From the NCBI GenBank assembly GCA_964601635.1, contig CAZROH010000001.1, positions 18,476 through 82,475 of the forward strand: DNA of 64,000 nt. The letters are read 5' to 3'. Positions 9,825 through 19,600 of this stretch are shown here, in pieces. A model generated the notes under the pieces. It did not search any database and was not told the origin of the DNA. It saw nothing but the letters and a program-made list of their open reading frames with translations. Source of the stretch: an uncultured Alteromonas sp. (lineage in GTDB: Bacteria; Pseudomonadota; Gammaproteobacteria; Enterobacterales; Alteromonadaceae). The first letter of the stretch is position 1. Every line of letters starts with the position of its first letter. The translations under genes were made by a program, and so were the position numbers.

Positions 9825-11084
9825 CTAAAGTAGTCCTGTATTGCCTGCCCATGCCTGGCTTATGATCCATACCATGGCATAACCTGATGTATACGCAATT
9901 AATAAAAGTAGCGCGTATTTGCCATATTTAGCAAATGATAGCCCTTTGATTTTACTCATAGTAACTATGCCAGCGGCGGATCCAATAACCAATAATGAAC
10001 CGCCCACGCCTACTGCATACGTGAAAGCTAACCATTCGGGAGTACTCATTGAAATATTCGCTTTTAGTAATGCGGCGGTCAATGGAACATTATCAATTAC
10101 GGCGGATAACACCCCCATCGTGTAGTTAGCCAACACCGGTGGAAAGGTTTCATAAATCGTTAAAAAGCCGCTCAGTGCATGGATATGTTCAAGCATCCCT
10201 ACCAGCAGTAGCACGCCTAAAAAGAACAGCAAGGTATCAAATTCTATGTAACGAATGTAATCCATAATGGGATCGTTGTCGTTATCTTCACCCATAAATC
10301 TGGCGATCAAAAACATCACCGCCATACCAGCCAGGAAACTCAGCATCGGCGGAATGCCATACAATACATTGCCAACTAGTGTAAGGATAATAGTCGTCAG
10401 AAATGTTCCAGCGATTACATAATCGACTGTACGGATGTGGTGTTGATTTTTTCTAATTTTCACGTTGCCGGTTAACCCAACGCTAAGCATCGCGGCTAAC
10501 ATCATCACTGCAACAAAAGAAGGTGTAAGTAACCATAACAGCTGGGTGATGGTGACTTTGTCCTGCATGAAAATCATCAGCGTGGTAACGTCGCCGGTGA
10601 TCAAGGAAACGCCCCCCGAATTCACTGCAAACACCACCAGCACCGCAAATCGCATGGTTTGATTAAAGGGCAGACTAAGGGAAAGCACTAACGCAACAGA
10701 GACCAAAGTAGCGGTGATATTGTCAGCCAGTGAAGAAAAACAAAAGCTGAACAGAGCGGTAATAAATAACAGTTTTTTTATGCTGATTTGCTGTGGCATG
10801 ACTGCATTGAGCAAGCTTTCAATCAAACCTTTGCGGTTCAGGTAAGCAACAAATGTCATCGCTGCAACCAGAAACAGCCACAATGTTGAAATCTCAGTGA
10901 TGTTATGAATTAAGTTAGCATCAACGCGTTCATATCCAGCCCCTTTACCCGCATCGATAAAAAGCATAATCCAAGCTAGTGTGCCTAAAAAAAGCGTTGT
11001 TTTAGCTTTATTAATATGTAGTTTTTCTTCGAAAACCACCCCAAGTAAAGCCAGAATAGCCAGCCCGATCAACACCACACTCAT
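9825..11084 (-). CDS. nhaD: Na+/H+ antiporter NhaD family
   Basis: Polytopic; HINKAKTTLF, SSLADNITATL, LITGDVTTLMI, SAVIDNVPL, GGSLLVIGSAAG. Start taken at MSVVLIG. Confidence 0.88.
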   Translation of the reverse strand: MSVVLIGLAILALLGVVFEEKLHINKAKTTLFLGTLAWIMLFIDAGKGAGYERVDANLIHNITEISTLWLFLVAAMTFVAYLNRKGLIESLLNAVMPQQISIKKLLFITALFSFCFSSLADNITATLVSVALVLSLSLPFNQTMRFAVLVVFAVNSGGVSLITGDVTTLMIFMQDKVTITQLLWLLTPSFVAVMMLAAMLSVGLTGNVKIRKNQHHIRTVDYVIAGTFLTTIILTLVGNVLYGIPPMLSFLAGMAVMFLIARFMGEDNDNDPIMDYIRYIEFDTLLFFLGVLLLVGMLEHIHALSGFLTIYETFPPVLANYTMGVLSAVIDNVPLTAALLKANISMSTPEWLAFTYAVGVGGSLLVIGSAAGIVTMSKIKGLSFAKYGKYALLLLIAYTSGYAMVWIISQAWAGNTGLL

Positions 11085-11329
11085 TGTACAACAAACCCAT
11101 TTGTAAAGATGGGCAGGCATTATACGCTTGGTTTACAAAAACAAGAATGTGTTATTGATAATAAGAGATATTATTGAGTTATTAGTTGTTATTGCTTAAT
11201 TTTGAGGTCGCAAACACGAACCGATCTGATTAATCCCGCAGGTGAGAAAAATAAAAGCAGGGTGAACAAAGAACGGGGGCAACTCGCTTTTGGACACTTG
11301 GATCAGATGTAACCATCTTCCAAGATTAC

Positions 11330-11443
11330 CTAACCGAAAATCTGGTCATTAACATTTCTCATCTGTATGCCTGAATGCTTAATGTATCTCCTTGCAAACA
11401 AGTAACATTCCAGCACTACTGTTAACGCTACTATACTTTCCAT
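11330..11443 (-). CDS. Candidate 37-aa small protein (MESIVALTVVLECYLFARRYIKHSGIQMRNVNDQIFG)
   Basis: ATG preceded by TAAGGAAG; hydrophobic N-terminus followed by RR; sigma-54-like promoter about 55 bp upstream. Below the ORF-track cutoff. Confidence 0.5.
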   Translation of the reverse strand: MESIVALTVVLECYLFARRYIKHSGIQMRNVNDQIFG

Positions 11444-11496
11444 CTTCTTACTTCCTTATCTAACGCCAATTATTCTCTCTACTTACCAATGGTTAA

Positions 11497-11513
11497 TGCA
11501 AAGTTCGGGCCTG
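11497..11513 (-). promoter_or_regulatory. Putative sigma-54 promoter
   Basis: Minus strand reads CAGGCCCGAACTTTGCA: GG-N10-GC with the TTGCA -12 element. Confidence 0.55.
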
Positions 11514-11970
11514 AAAAATAAAACGTAAGGCCATGAAATTTATAGATATATTAAAAAGGTTAAAATGCAGGCAGTGCGCAATTTCCTATTGACAGGAAAA
11601 AATTACGCGCCGACGTATTGAGGATCCCGGCAAAATCCGACTCACGCATTTTAATTAAACGGCGGATATTTATGCTCAATACAGCATGTTATCCATCAAC
11701 AGTCATTTATGAAATGAATCCCAAGCATAAATAAAATAAATAACCACTGCATGAATTTTTATCTGTTATACCAAAACAACAAAAAGCGAAAAATTTCAAT
11801 CACTTATTTGAATTAAATTATTTGTATTCAGGCAAACTTCACCAATTTCTGCGAAGAGGGGATAAAAACAGATTAGAAAACCACAACAAAATTAACTATT
11901 GTGTAACACCCAATTAACATATCAGACCTCCGAGCTGTCTGGAGACTGCCCACTTTCAGGACCACACTCA

Positions 11971-12906
11971 ATGCGAAAACTTATTTTATCCCTAACCTTA
12001 CTCATTTTTTCTCTGAGCTTTACTGTGCAAGTAACAGCATCGACGCAGACGAAAACCCAATATCCCATAGTGCTTGTACACGGACTATTTGGATTTGATG
12101 ATGTGTTATGGGTAGATTACTTTTACAAGATCCCTTACAAATTAGCGGCTCAGGGGGCAACGGTTTATACCGCAACCGTGTCCCCCGCCAACTCTACCGA
12201 AGTGCGTGGCGAACAATTGCTCGCTTATGTGAATCAAGTGCTTGCTCACTCTGGTGCCAAAAAAGTCAATTTGATCGGTCATAGTCATGGCGGCCCCACT
12301 ATTCGGTATGTTGCCAGTGTTGCGCCTCAAAAAGTCGCGTCAGTTACTTCTGTTGCCGGCGTTAACCAGGGAAGCGCTGTCGCAGACATCGTGCGAGCCG
12401 GTATAAAAGATGGCTCTACGCTCGAAGGAGTTGCTGGTACGGTTTTTAATGCTTTCGCCAACATATTAGAGCTTGTATCAGGATCAGGTATTTCTACTTT
12501 GCCGACCAATAGTATTGCTGCATTAAATTCACTTTCCACGGAAGGCAGCGCCAAGTTCAATGCGCGCTATCCAGAAGGCCTTCCAAGTCAGTATTGTGCT
12601 AACGATGGCAAGGTGCTTGAAGATAACGGCGTATACTATTTTTCCTGGAGTGGAGGGAAAACCTACACCAATGTTCTGGATGTGGCTGATCCGTTTCTAG
12701 CCCTGACCGGTCTCGCCTTTGGTGAAACAAATGACGGGTTGGTATCAAGTTGCAGTTCACGGTTAGGTTATGTCATCAAAGACAACTACCGAATGAATCA
12801 TTTAGATGAAGTCAATCAGACGTTAGGAATACACCATCTTTTTGAAACGGATCCAGTACAGGTATACATTGACCAGGCCAGTCGATTGAGAACACTGGGG
12901 CTGTAA
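11971..12906 (+). CDS. lipA: Secreted triacylglycerol lipase (family I.1, Pseudomonas/Vibrio LipA-like)
   Basis: Signal peptide from ATG 11971; TQYPIVLVHG, GHSHG nucleophile, NDGLV and NHLDEVNQ catalytic Asp/His. Confidence 0.93.
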   Translation: MRKLILSLTLLIFSLSFTVQVTASTQTKTQYPIVLVHGLFGFDDVLWVDYFYKIPYKLAAQGATVYTATVSPANSTEVRGEQLLAYVNQVLAHSGAKKVNLIGHSHGGPTIRYVASVAPQKVASVTSVAGVNQGSAVADIVRAGIKDGSTLEGVAGTVFNAFANILELVSGSGISTLPTNSIAALNSLSTEGSAKFNARYPEGLPSQYCANDGKVLEDNGVYYFSWSGGKTYTNVLDVADPFLALTGLAFGETNDGLVSSCSSRLGYVIKDNYRMNHLDEVNQTLGIHHLFETDPVQVYIDQASRLRTLGL

Positions 12907-13847
12907 TGAAACGGCTTTGGTATATTATTTTGCCCAGCATGGTTTTGCTGGGCTGGTGGCTTTTCGGAAAGGATGAGCCGGTCGCTGAAAGCGCTCGGCA
13001 AATACCGGTTTCGCTTCCTCAACCGGGATTGACCAGCACACAAAGCACATCACTTGATCAACAGCCACCACCCGACTTGAACAGAGCATTTAAACTCACT
13101 TTTGGTTTAAAAGCGTTATTTGATCAATTTATCTTCGAACATGAACTGTTAAGCATAGATCAACTGGTGCAGGCGTATGCGAAATTCATCAAGCAGGAGA
13201 AGTACGCGCCCCAGTCTCATCGCTATGCCGTGGATTTATTTGAGCGATACGTAAACTACAAAGCAACTCTTGTAGAAATAGATGATGAGACATCGGCCAA
13301 TTCGCTCCAGGAAATAGCAGACAGGCTCGAAGCTCGCAACGATTTACGCTTTAGATTTTTCAATGAGCAGGAACACCATTACTTGTTTGCCAAAGATGCC
13401 GCGTACGATAAAGCCGCGCTTGAGCGATTACGTATTGCTTCAGACGCGTCACTGAGCAAAACTGACAAGCAAAGACTCATTGAAGAGCAACTCGCCACTT
13501 TGCCAAGAGAACAACAAGCGAGTTTTGCTCCGAGTCTGGCCGTTAATCGATTGGCCACTCTGCAACAACATTACACCAACGAAGAAGTACGCTTTCAGGC
13601 TGTGGCAGCGGAATTTGGTCATGATGTCGCACAGCGGTTAAATGAGCAGAGCAAACAACACCAAAGCTGGCTAAAAAGGGTTAAAGTGTATCAGCAATGG
13701 CACTCACAGCTGTTAAGTACATCCACTCTGACTGCAGCTCAATTGAAAGCACAGATTAACCAAAAGCAACAAACAATGTTTAGTGAACCTGAGCAACGAA
13801 GGCTAGTGGTTTATATGGAAAATCCATCATTACTTTCAGAAAATTAA
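12906..13847 (+). CDS. Lipase secretion chaperone (Lif foldase)
   Basis: N-terminal TM anchor; LFDQF, LFERYVNYK and RFRFF..YLF motifs; 1-bp overlap with the lipase. Confidence 0.88.
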   Translation: MKRLWYIILPSMVLLGWWLFGKDEPVAESARQIPVSLPQPGLTSTQSTSLDQQPPPDLNRAFKLTFGLKALFDQFIFEHELLSIDQLVQAYAKFIKQEKYAPQSHRYAVDLFERYVNYKATLVEIDDETSANSLQEIADRLEARNDLRFRFFNEQEHHYLFAKDAAYDKAALERLRIASDASLSKTDKQRLIEEQLATLPREQQASFAPSLAVNRLATLQQHYTNEEVRFQAVAAEFGHDVAQRLNEQSKQHQSWLKRVKVYQQWHSQLLSTSTLTAAQLKAQINQKQQTMFSEPEQRRLVVYMENPSLLSEN

Positions 13848-13863
13848 CCCACCTACTTAAATG

Positions 13864-14733
13864 TTACATCTTTTCATTTTCGGACTGCTGGGCACGCATA
13901 ATTGCCTCTACCAGCAGTGTCTGCAGTTCAACGGGGGTGTGGAACAGTTGAGTGTCCAGATACTCTTTATCGTCATAAAGTGCCAGTATTCCTTTATTGA
14001 TGTCATTTAAGTAAGCCGCATTTGCAGGGTGTTTATTACACATGATTTTTCCCGCTACGATAGCAGGTACACCTTGTACACCATATGAATAATAGGCGCT
14101 ATCAGGCACTGCATGGTCAGACAAAAATTGTTTAATTTCCTGCGGATAAGTTAATGCCATCTGTGTACGATGCTTAAAAAACATTTCAGAAACTTTATTG
14201 TGCATGTCGCCGCTGGCTCGCCAGACAATATTTCTCTCTGGAAGCTGAGAAATCAACTTATCTAACTCATCACCGTAGGAGATGCTCTCGGTAAGCAGGA
14301 TAACTTTGCCTGGTTGTGCTTCCAAAGTCTGCTCAAGGGATTCAATTTCCCCCTCTTCATTCAACAAATATCGATCAATTGGCGAATGGGTATACACGCG
14401 AGGTGAAGGCAGAAAAGTTAACGGTAGCGAAAAAAGAAAATGATCTTTACGCTCTGCATTTTCTACGGCGTAGTAATTGCAGGCAGGCTCTTCACCATTT
14501 AACTCTCTGAGTGAACGTTTAAACGGTGAATACTCAAACTCTATCGGCACGTTTAACTTGGATAAGAGCAGGCGATAGGTCTTAGGTAAAGCGGCCTGAA
14601 CCGAGGGATTAGCTACATCTTCAAGAAAACTTTCCTTGCCATAATAGATATGCGCAGAGCCGCTTTTTGCCACCGCGTCAATATGCGCAACACAACTAAG
14701 GAAAAATAGAATAAAAACTTGAGATTTCATCAT
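13864..14733 (-). CDS. Periplasmic solute-binding-like protein (TIGR02285-like)
   Basis: Signal peptide; SPFKRSLREL..C..ENAERKDHFLFSLP and SYGDELD motifs. Confidence 0.65.
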   Translation of the reverse strand: MMKSQVFILFFLSCVAHIDAVAKSGSAHIYYGKESFLEDVANPSVQAALPKTYRLLLSKLNVPIEFEYSPFKRSLRELNGEEPACNYYAVENAERKDHFLFSLPLTFLPSPRVYTHSPIDRYLLNEEGEIESLEQTLEAQPGKVILLTESISYGDELDKLISQLPERNIVWRASGDMHNKVSEMFFKHRTQMALTYPQEIKQFLSDHAVPDSAYYSYGVQGVPAIVAGKIMCNKHPANAAYLNDINKGILALYDDKEYLDTQLFHTPVELQTLLVEAIMRAQQSENEKM

Positions 14734-14971
14734 TGAATTCTTACAAACTGTAACTCACCTGCGCTCACCATGACATTGCTTCTATCCAAGTTGAATATCT
14801 TGGTGCGGTATTTTTAGAAAAAGGTACGTACGGGCTTACACTGTAAGGTTACCGCCAGAATTGATGCTACCTAGTTAAAACCCATTATTCAAAACCAATA
14901 TTTTGCCAAAGACAGTCAAACGCGACTTTTCTTCGCAACCAGGGTTAATAGGATAAATTAAAACTAATGTA

Positions 14972-15451
14972 TTAGCGATACATAAAAGAAAAGAACCATC
15001 GTTTGGACAGTTTCATATCAAACAATACTGATTTAGCCTTGCCTTCTTTCACACTCTTAACGATTTGCTTATAGCGGTGCGATCGCGCGTTAAAGGGTGA
15101 TGGCTTGTTAATGTTATATCGATATGCAAATTGTTGATGTTTATTTTGCAGTTCGCTTTCCCATACAGGCATGGACAGCTCACATTTGCCGTTGATTTCT
15201 TGGTAGCTAATCGCTTCTACATTGACACGATCGGCAAGTTCTAGCAGCGTCTCTTCTTCTGCTGTTTTACCACGAATGGCATAAGAGGGCTGGCCGATCT
15301 CTTCGCCTATTTCACAGGCGATAGTGGCTATCATGGAAAAGGTGGGTTTGTTTTCATTGAAATTGTTGACCATAAAATCGTAGCTGGGCTTTTGTGAACA
15401 TCCTGCTACAGAACATATTGCAACCAACAGAGAAATAGCACTTACTTTCAT
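14972..15451 (-). CDS. Hypothetical lipoprotein
   Basis: Lipobox VAGC. Confidence 0.75.
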   Translation of the reverse strand: MKVSAISLLVAICSVAGCSQKPSYDFMVNNFNENKPTFSMIATIACEIGEEIGQPSYAIRGKTAEEETLLELADRVNVEAISYQEINGKCELSMPVWESELQNKHQQFAYRYNINKPSPFNARSHRYKQIVKSVKEGKAKSVLFDMKLSKRWFFSFMYR

Positions 15452-15837
15452 TTCAATTATTGACTTGTGTTATGTTACTTTGTTTTGAATTACCTATATA
15501 AATCGGAGTCATGATGCCAAACTGGTCGACATCGCGTCAACCTAACTCGTATCAAACTACCCGAAAATATTTACTTTAAATTTTACATTACGCCTAAAGA
15601 AAGAATTGGATCGCAATAAGCGTTAAAATTTTGTCTGCACACCAGCAACCACTTGAAATTTAGCCACGCTGCAATGTAGTGCATGCGTATCAAACTGAAC
15701 AAGAGCGTATTAGTTCACATTCTTACAGTGACAAGGCATTTTGGTAAGTTCTGTCATCATACAACGGAATCACATGTGCTTCTGCTGTTTCACCATAATG
15801 ATTATTTCTTTGGTTACATCTTACTGAACCAACCCCT

Positions 15838-15879
15838 CCGTGTTGAGCCCCTGGGAAGTGTGCTCAACACGGTTTTTTT
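15838..15879 (+). terminator. Rho-independent terminator with no annotated plus-strand gene upstream
   Basis: CCGTGTTGAGC / GCTCAACACGG 11-bp stem followed by T7; no U-tract in the minus direction. Confidence 0.75.
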
Positions 15880-15885
15880 CCGAGT

Positions 15886-16419
15886 TTAATTCTCTTTTGC
15901 TGGCATAAGGTTGTTACGCACTTGGCGTGCATCATAGGTATTATCCCTTTGCGGCTGCTCACCACGCCCCACTTCAATACTTAGAATACTTTCTATTTCA
16001 CTTTGGTCCGAACCACCAATGAAAACCCCGGAGCTAAACTGGGATGTGGGATAAAGCGCTGTACGGCAGCTAAATGCACCACACTCAGTCACTCTTGAAT
16101 AACGTTGCTGAAAACCGAATTGTGATCCGGAAGCGACCCGTTCCTTGTCTACAAGTGTTTCTCTGTCAGTGACAATAAACCAGTCATAATCATTAAGGAT
16201 AGTGACTTCAGCAGCTCTGAGCATAGCGTAATCCATCGCTTTCGCTCGATCTGACCCGCGTGCCTTAAAATGCACCCGATACTGCGTATCACTTAATTTT
16301 GTTTCGGTATACCCGAAGCCTCCTGCGGAGGCTTCCCTGTATTCATCTGAGCTTCCGGCGCAACCGAAGAGCGCCATTGTAGCGAAAATAACTACCAGTA
16401 AACATGCTGTCTTTTTCAC
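15886..16419 (-). CDS. CC0125/CC1285-family lipoprotein
   Basis: Lipobox LFGC; GYTETKLSDTQYRVHF and DYAMLRAAEVT..YDWF motifs. Confidence 0.8.
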   Translation of the reverse strand: MKKTACLLVVIFATMALFGCAGSSDEYREASAGGFGYTETKLSDTQYRVHFKARGSDRAKAMDYAMLRAAEVTILNDYDWFIVTDRETLVDKERVASGSQFGFQQRYSRVTECGAFSCRTALYPTSQFSSGVFIGGSDQSEIESILSIEVGRGEQPQRDNTYDARQVRNNLMPAKEN

Positions 16420-16626
16420 TATATCTTCCTTATCGTTACTAACAACGTTTTATAAGTAGTACAGTAAACCTAAATTGAGAGTTCACATGCGCTCACCACA
16501 GGCCGCTTTTGCTAATACAAAACATATGAATTCTTATACCTTTTTTCTACATACAGACTAAATAATCACCAGTTTTTTCGTATAGTAGGTGCAATATTTT
16601 CTGACAGCCATGTTGTAGGATTTGAT

Positions 16627-19600
16627 ATGAAAGGTTGCGCCAAACGTTTTTTCGCGCAAATTATAAGTGTATTTGCGTTAGTTTTGCTGACTTTCCCGGC
16701 TTATGCCGGCATTAACGATATAATCAGTGTAGTAGCACAGCGCCCCCAATTTGCTTTTTACGTGGGCATCGTTACGTGTGGTGTTCTGGCATTTCTCGTT
16801 ATCACCTTATTAATCAAGCAGTTTTTTACCAAGCGAGCGCTAGTTAGTCACCAGGCTATGTCCGGTAAACTGAATGCGCAACTGAATGCATTGCCTTCCG
16901 GTGCGCTATTTATTGACAAGGCAGGTACCGTACTGGCTGCCAATCGAACCGCGCTTTATTTACTTGGCCTGAAAGAAGAAAACATAAACAAAGCCAACCT
17001 GCTGTCCCTGTTGCCAAATTGCGATGAAGTTGCCCTTGAACATGCATTGGCCAGCCCTAAAGAGACTCGCTTACAGTCCACCATGCCTCGTCGCGATCGT
17101 GTATATCAACTACGCGTTTGCCCCAATGTGGATGCCAGCCTCGGCGCGCATGCAGCGGTCATGCTTGAAGATATCCATATTTTGCAGCAAACCATCGAAA
17201 ACCATTATAACCATCTATCCCATCTTAACCGGGAGATGGGAAATAGTGGTCAGGGCCTGGTGACCATTGATTATCAGGCCGGCACGATTGAGATCAATTC
17301 TGCAGTAGCAACCTGGATCGATGCACAAGACAGCGCTGTGCTTACTGTTGACGATATGCCGGCATGGTTTACTGAGCAAAGCTGGCATACATTGAATTCT
17401 GCGTTGTTAGGTTTGGGCGAATGCCAGCAATTTGAGCTACTGGCCGAGCTAAATGACCCACAAACGCCTCGTCCGGTGCGCGTGCTAGGCTCTGTGATCC
17501 CAGTAAAAGGCGTTGCAGATGCCACCTGCGTACAATTAATTCTGCTTGACCTGAAGGCCGAAAACAGCCTTAAAAGTCAGTTGCAGGGCGCGCTTAAACT
17601 ACACCATCAAACTGTCAGCATGTCACCTTTTCCGATATATCGAGTGGATGAAAAAGGTCAGTTTCTGGAAGGTAACCGGGCATTTAAAGACCTGATTGGT
17701 TCGGATCTAAATAAGTACAAAGGAAAACCTTTTGCTTCGTTACCAACAATAAACGATGACTGGGCCAAGGTTCATAAGCGTGAGTTCGGCACTACGCCGG
17801 TAAAAATCTCGCTACAGCCCCAAACCGACATGTTTCTTAAGTTGCACCTGCAAAAAGTCACCGACCCGGGCTTACCTGCCTCGGTGGTAGTGATAGTACT
17901 TGATCAATCTACCGAAATGGCTGCCGATACGGCAAAAAATAAGGCGGAAACTAAATTAACCAGTATGGTAGATCGATCTCCCCTTGGGATCGTGATACTT
18001 GATGATAAATACCAAATCGTAGAAGCCAACCAGACCCTGGTAACACAGCTGGGTTATGAACTTACCGAGCTTACAGGAACTGCCTTAGCTACGCTGTTCA
18101 GTCAGTCACAGCAAGCAGAACAAGTGTTAGCGCGTGTTGAGCGTCAAGAGCGTTGTCGCGACACCGCGGTTAAGTTACTCAAGCAAGATAAGCGCACGCT
18201 CGATATGACATTAAATATCAGCAAGTTGAGTGAAGTTCCCTGCCGTTACATTGGTTGGTTTTCCGGTAGAGAGGAGCAACGTTACCTTAGCAACCGTTTT
18301 GACCGGCTGGTAAATTATGCCAGCATTCCAATGGCAGTGATTGAGGATGACGCCTTCACCCACCTCAACGCTGCAGCATGCGCATTTTTTGACATAGAAG
18401 ATGAGCAAACCTTAGTAGGCACTGCGCTCTACAGCAATAAACTGAACCAGACGGACGATAACGCAAAACTGCTTAGAGACAAGCTTGAAGCTGCCAAAGC
18501 GCACGGGCAAGTCATTACCCTTAACTGGCATCACCAATATCAACAAAAAGCGTTGCCCTGTGAGATCACGTTGATCCCGGTATTTAAGGATGAAGAGCTA
18601 TCAAGCATAATTTGCTTGTGGGTTGATTTGCGCGCAGTTAAAGAAGCCAATGCTGCACGTGCACAGGCACAACAAATGCGTGATATGGCGCAGCAAGAAG
18701 TTGCACAAAAAGAGGCCGAACTGACCAGCAGTAAAGATGAGCTTGCTAAGAAGCATCAGACACTGACACAAACCGAACAGTACCTGGCGAAAACACAGAC
18801 CCAGTTAACGGAAGTACAGGATACGCTTTCAGACAAGCTGTCAACATTGTCCGCACTGGAAGAAGCTCATCAATCTATCCGTGCTGATTTCGCCAAGTTA
18901 CAGGGCGAATATAAACAAAATCAACAGTGGTTAAATGAAGCCAAAGCGGCCAATGAAGAACTGGAAGATCAGCTCAATCGTAGTAGTGAAAAGGTTACCC
19001 GACTAGAAGCCCAGCGTCATCAAATTGCTAATGCGTTACAGTTTAGTGAAAAGCAATATCGACAAACTCAGCAGCAGCTAGCGCAAAGCCGCGCGGAATC
19101 TGAAAAGCTTAAGCTTGCCCAGGATGAGCAATCACAGATGATGGCTCAGTCTGAGCAAAAAATTGCTGCCCTGAAAGCCTCGTTAGGTGAAAAAGATACA
19201 CAGCTACAAGATATCAACGGGCAAATTCAAACATTAAATTCTCAGTTGCAAAGCTCTGCTAAAGCCAAAGAAGCCCTGCGTGAACAATTAGTCAACCAGC
19301 GAAAAGCCAGCGAGAAAGCTGAACACGAGCGTCGCAGGCTGCAAGAAAGTTGCGAAAAAGCTCAGGCTGAGCTAGCGGGTAAAGCTCGTCAGATTGATCA
19401 CCTGCAACATGAAATGCAGGCGTTGGAAGAAATGTCCAGTCAGAGTAAGGGTGAAATGGAAGCCCATAAGCTGCAACTGGAACAAGAGCTTAAGGCCAAA
19501 GAAGCACAACTTGACGCTTCCAAGCATGATTTAGCAGCATTAAAGCAGCAATCCGAAGCGGCTCAGACGGAGAAACAACAGAAACAGGAAGCCCTGGAGC

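Noticed and set aside
15683-15889. 68-aa plus-strand ORF
   Set aside because: No SD, and it reads through the strong terminator at 15838-15879.
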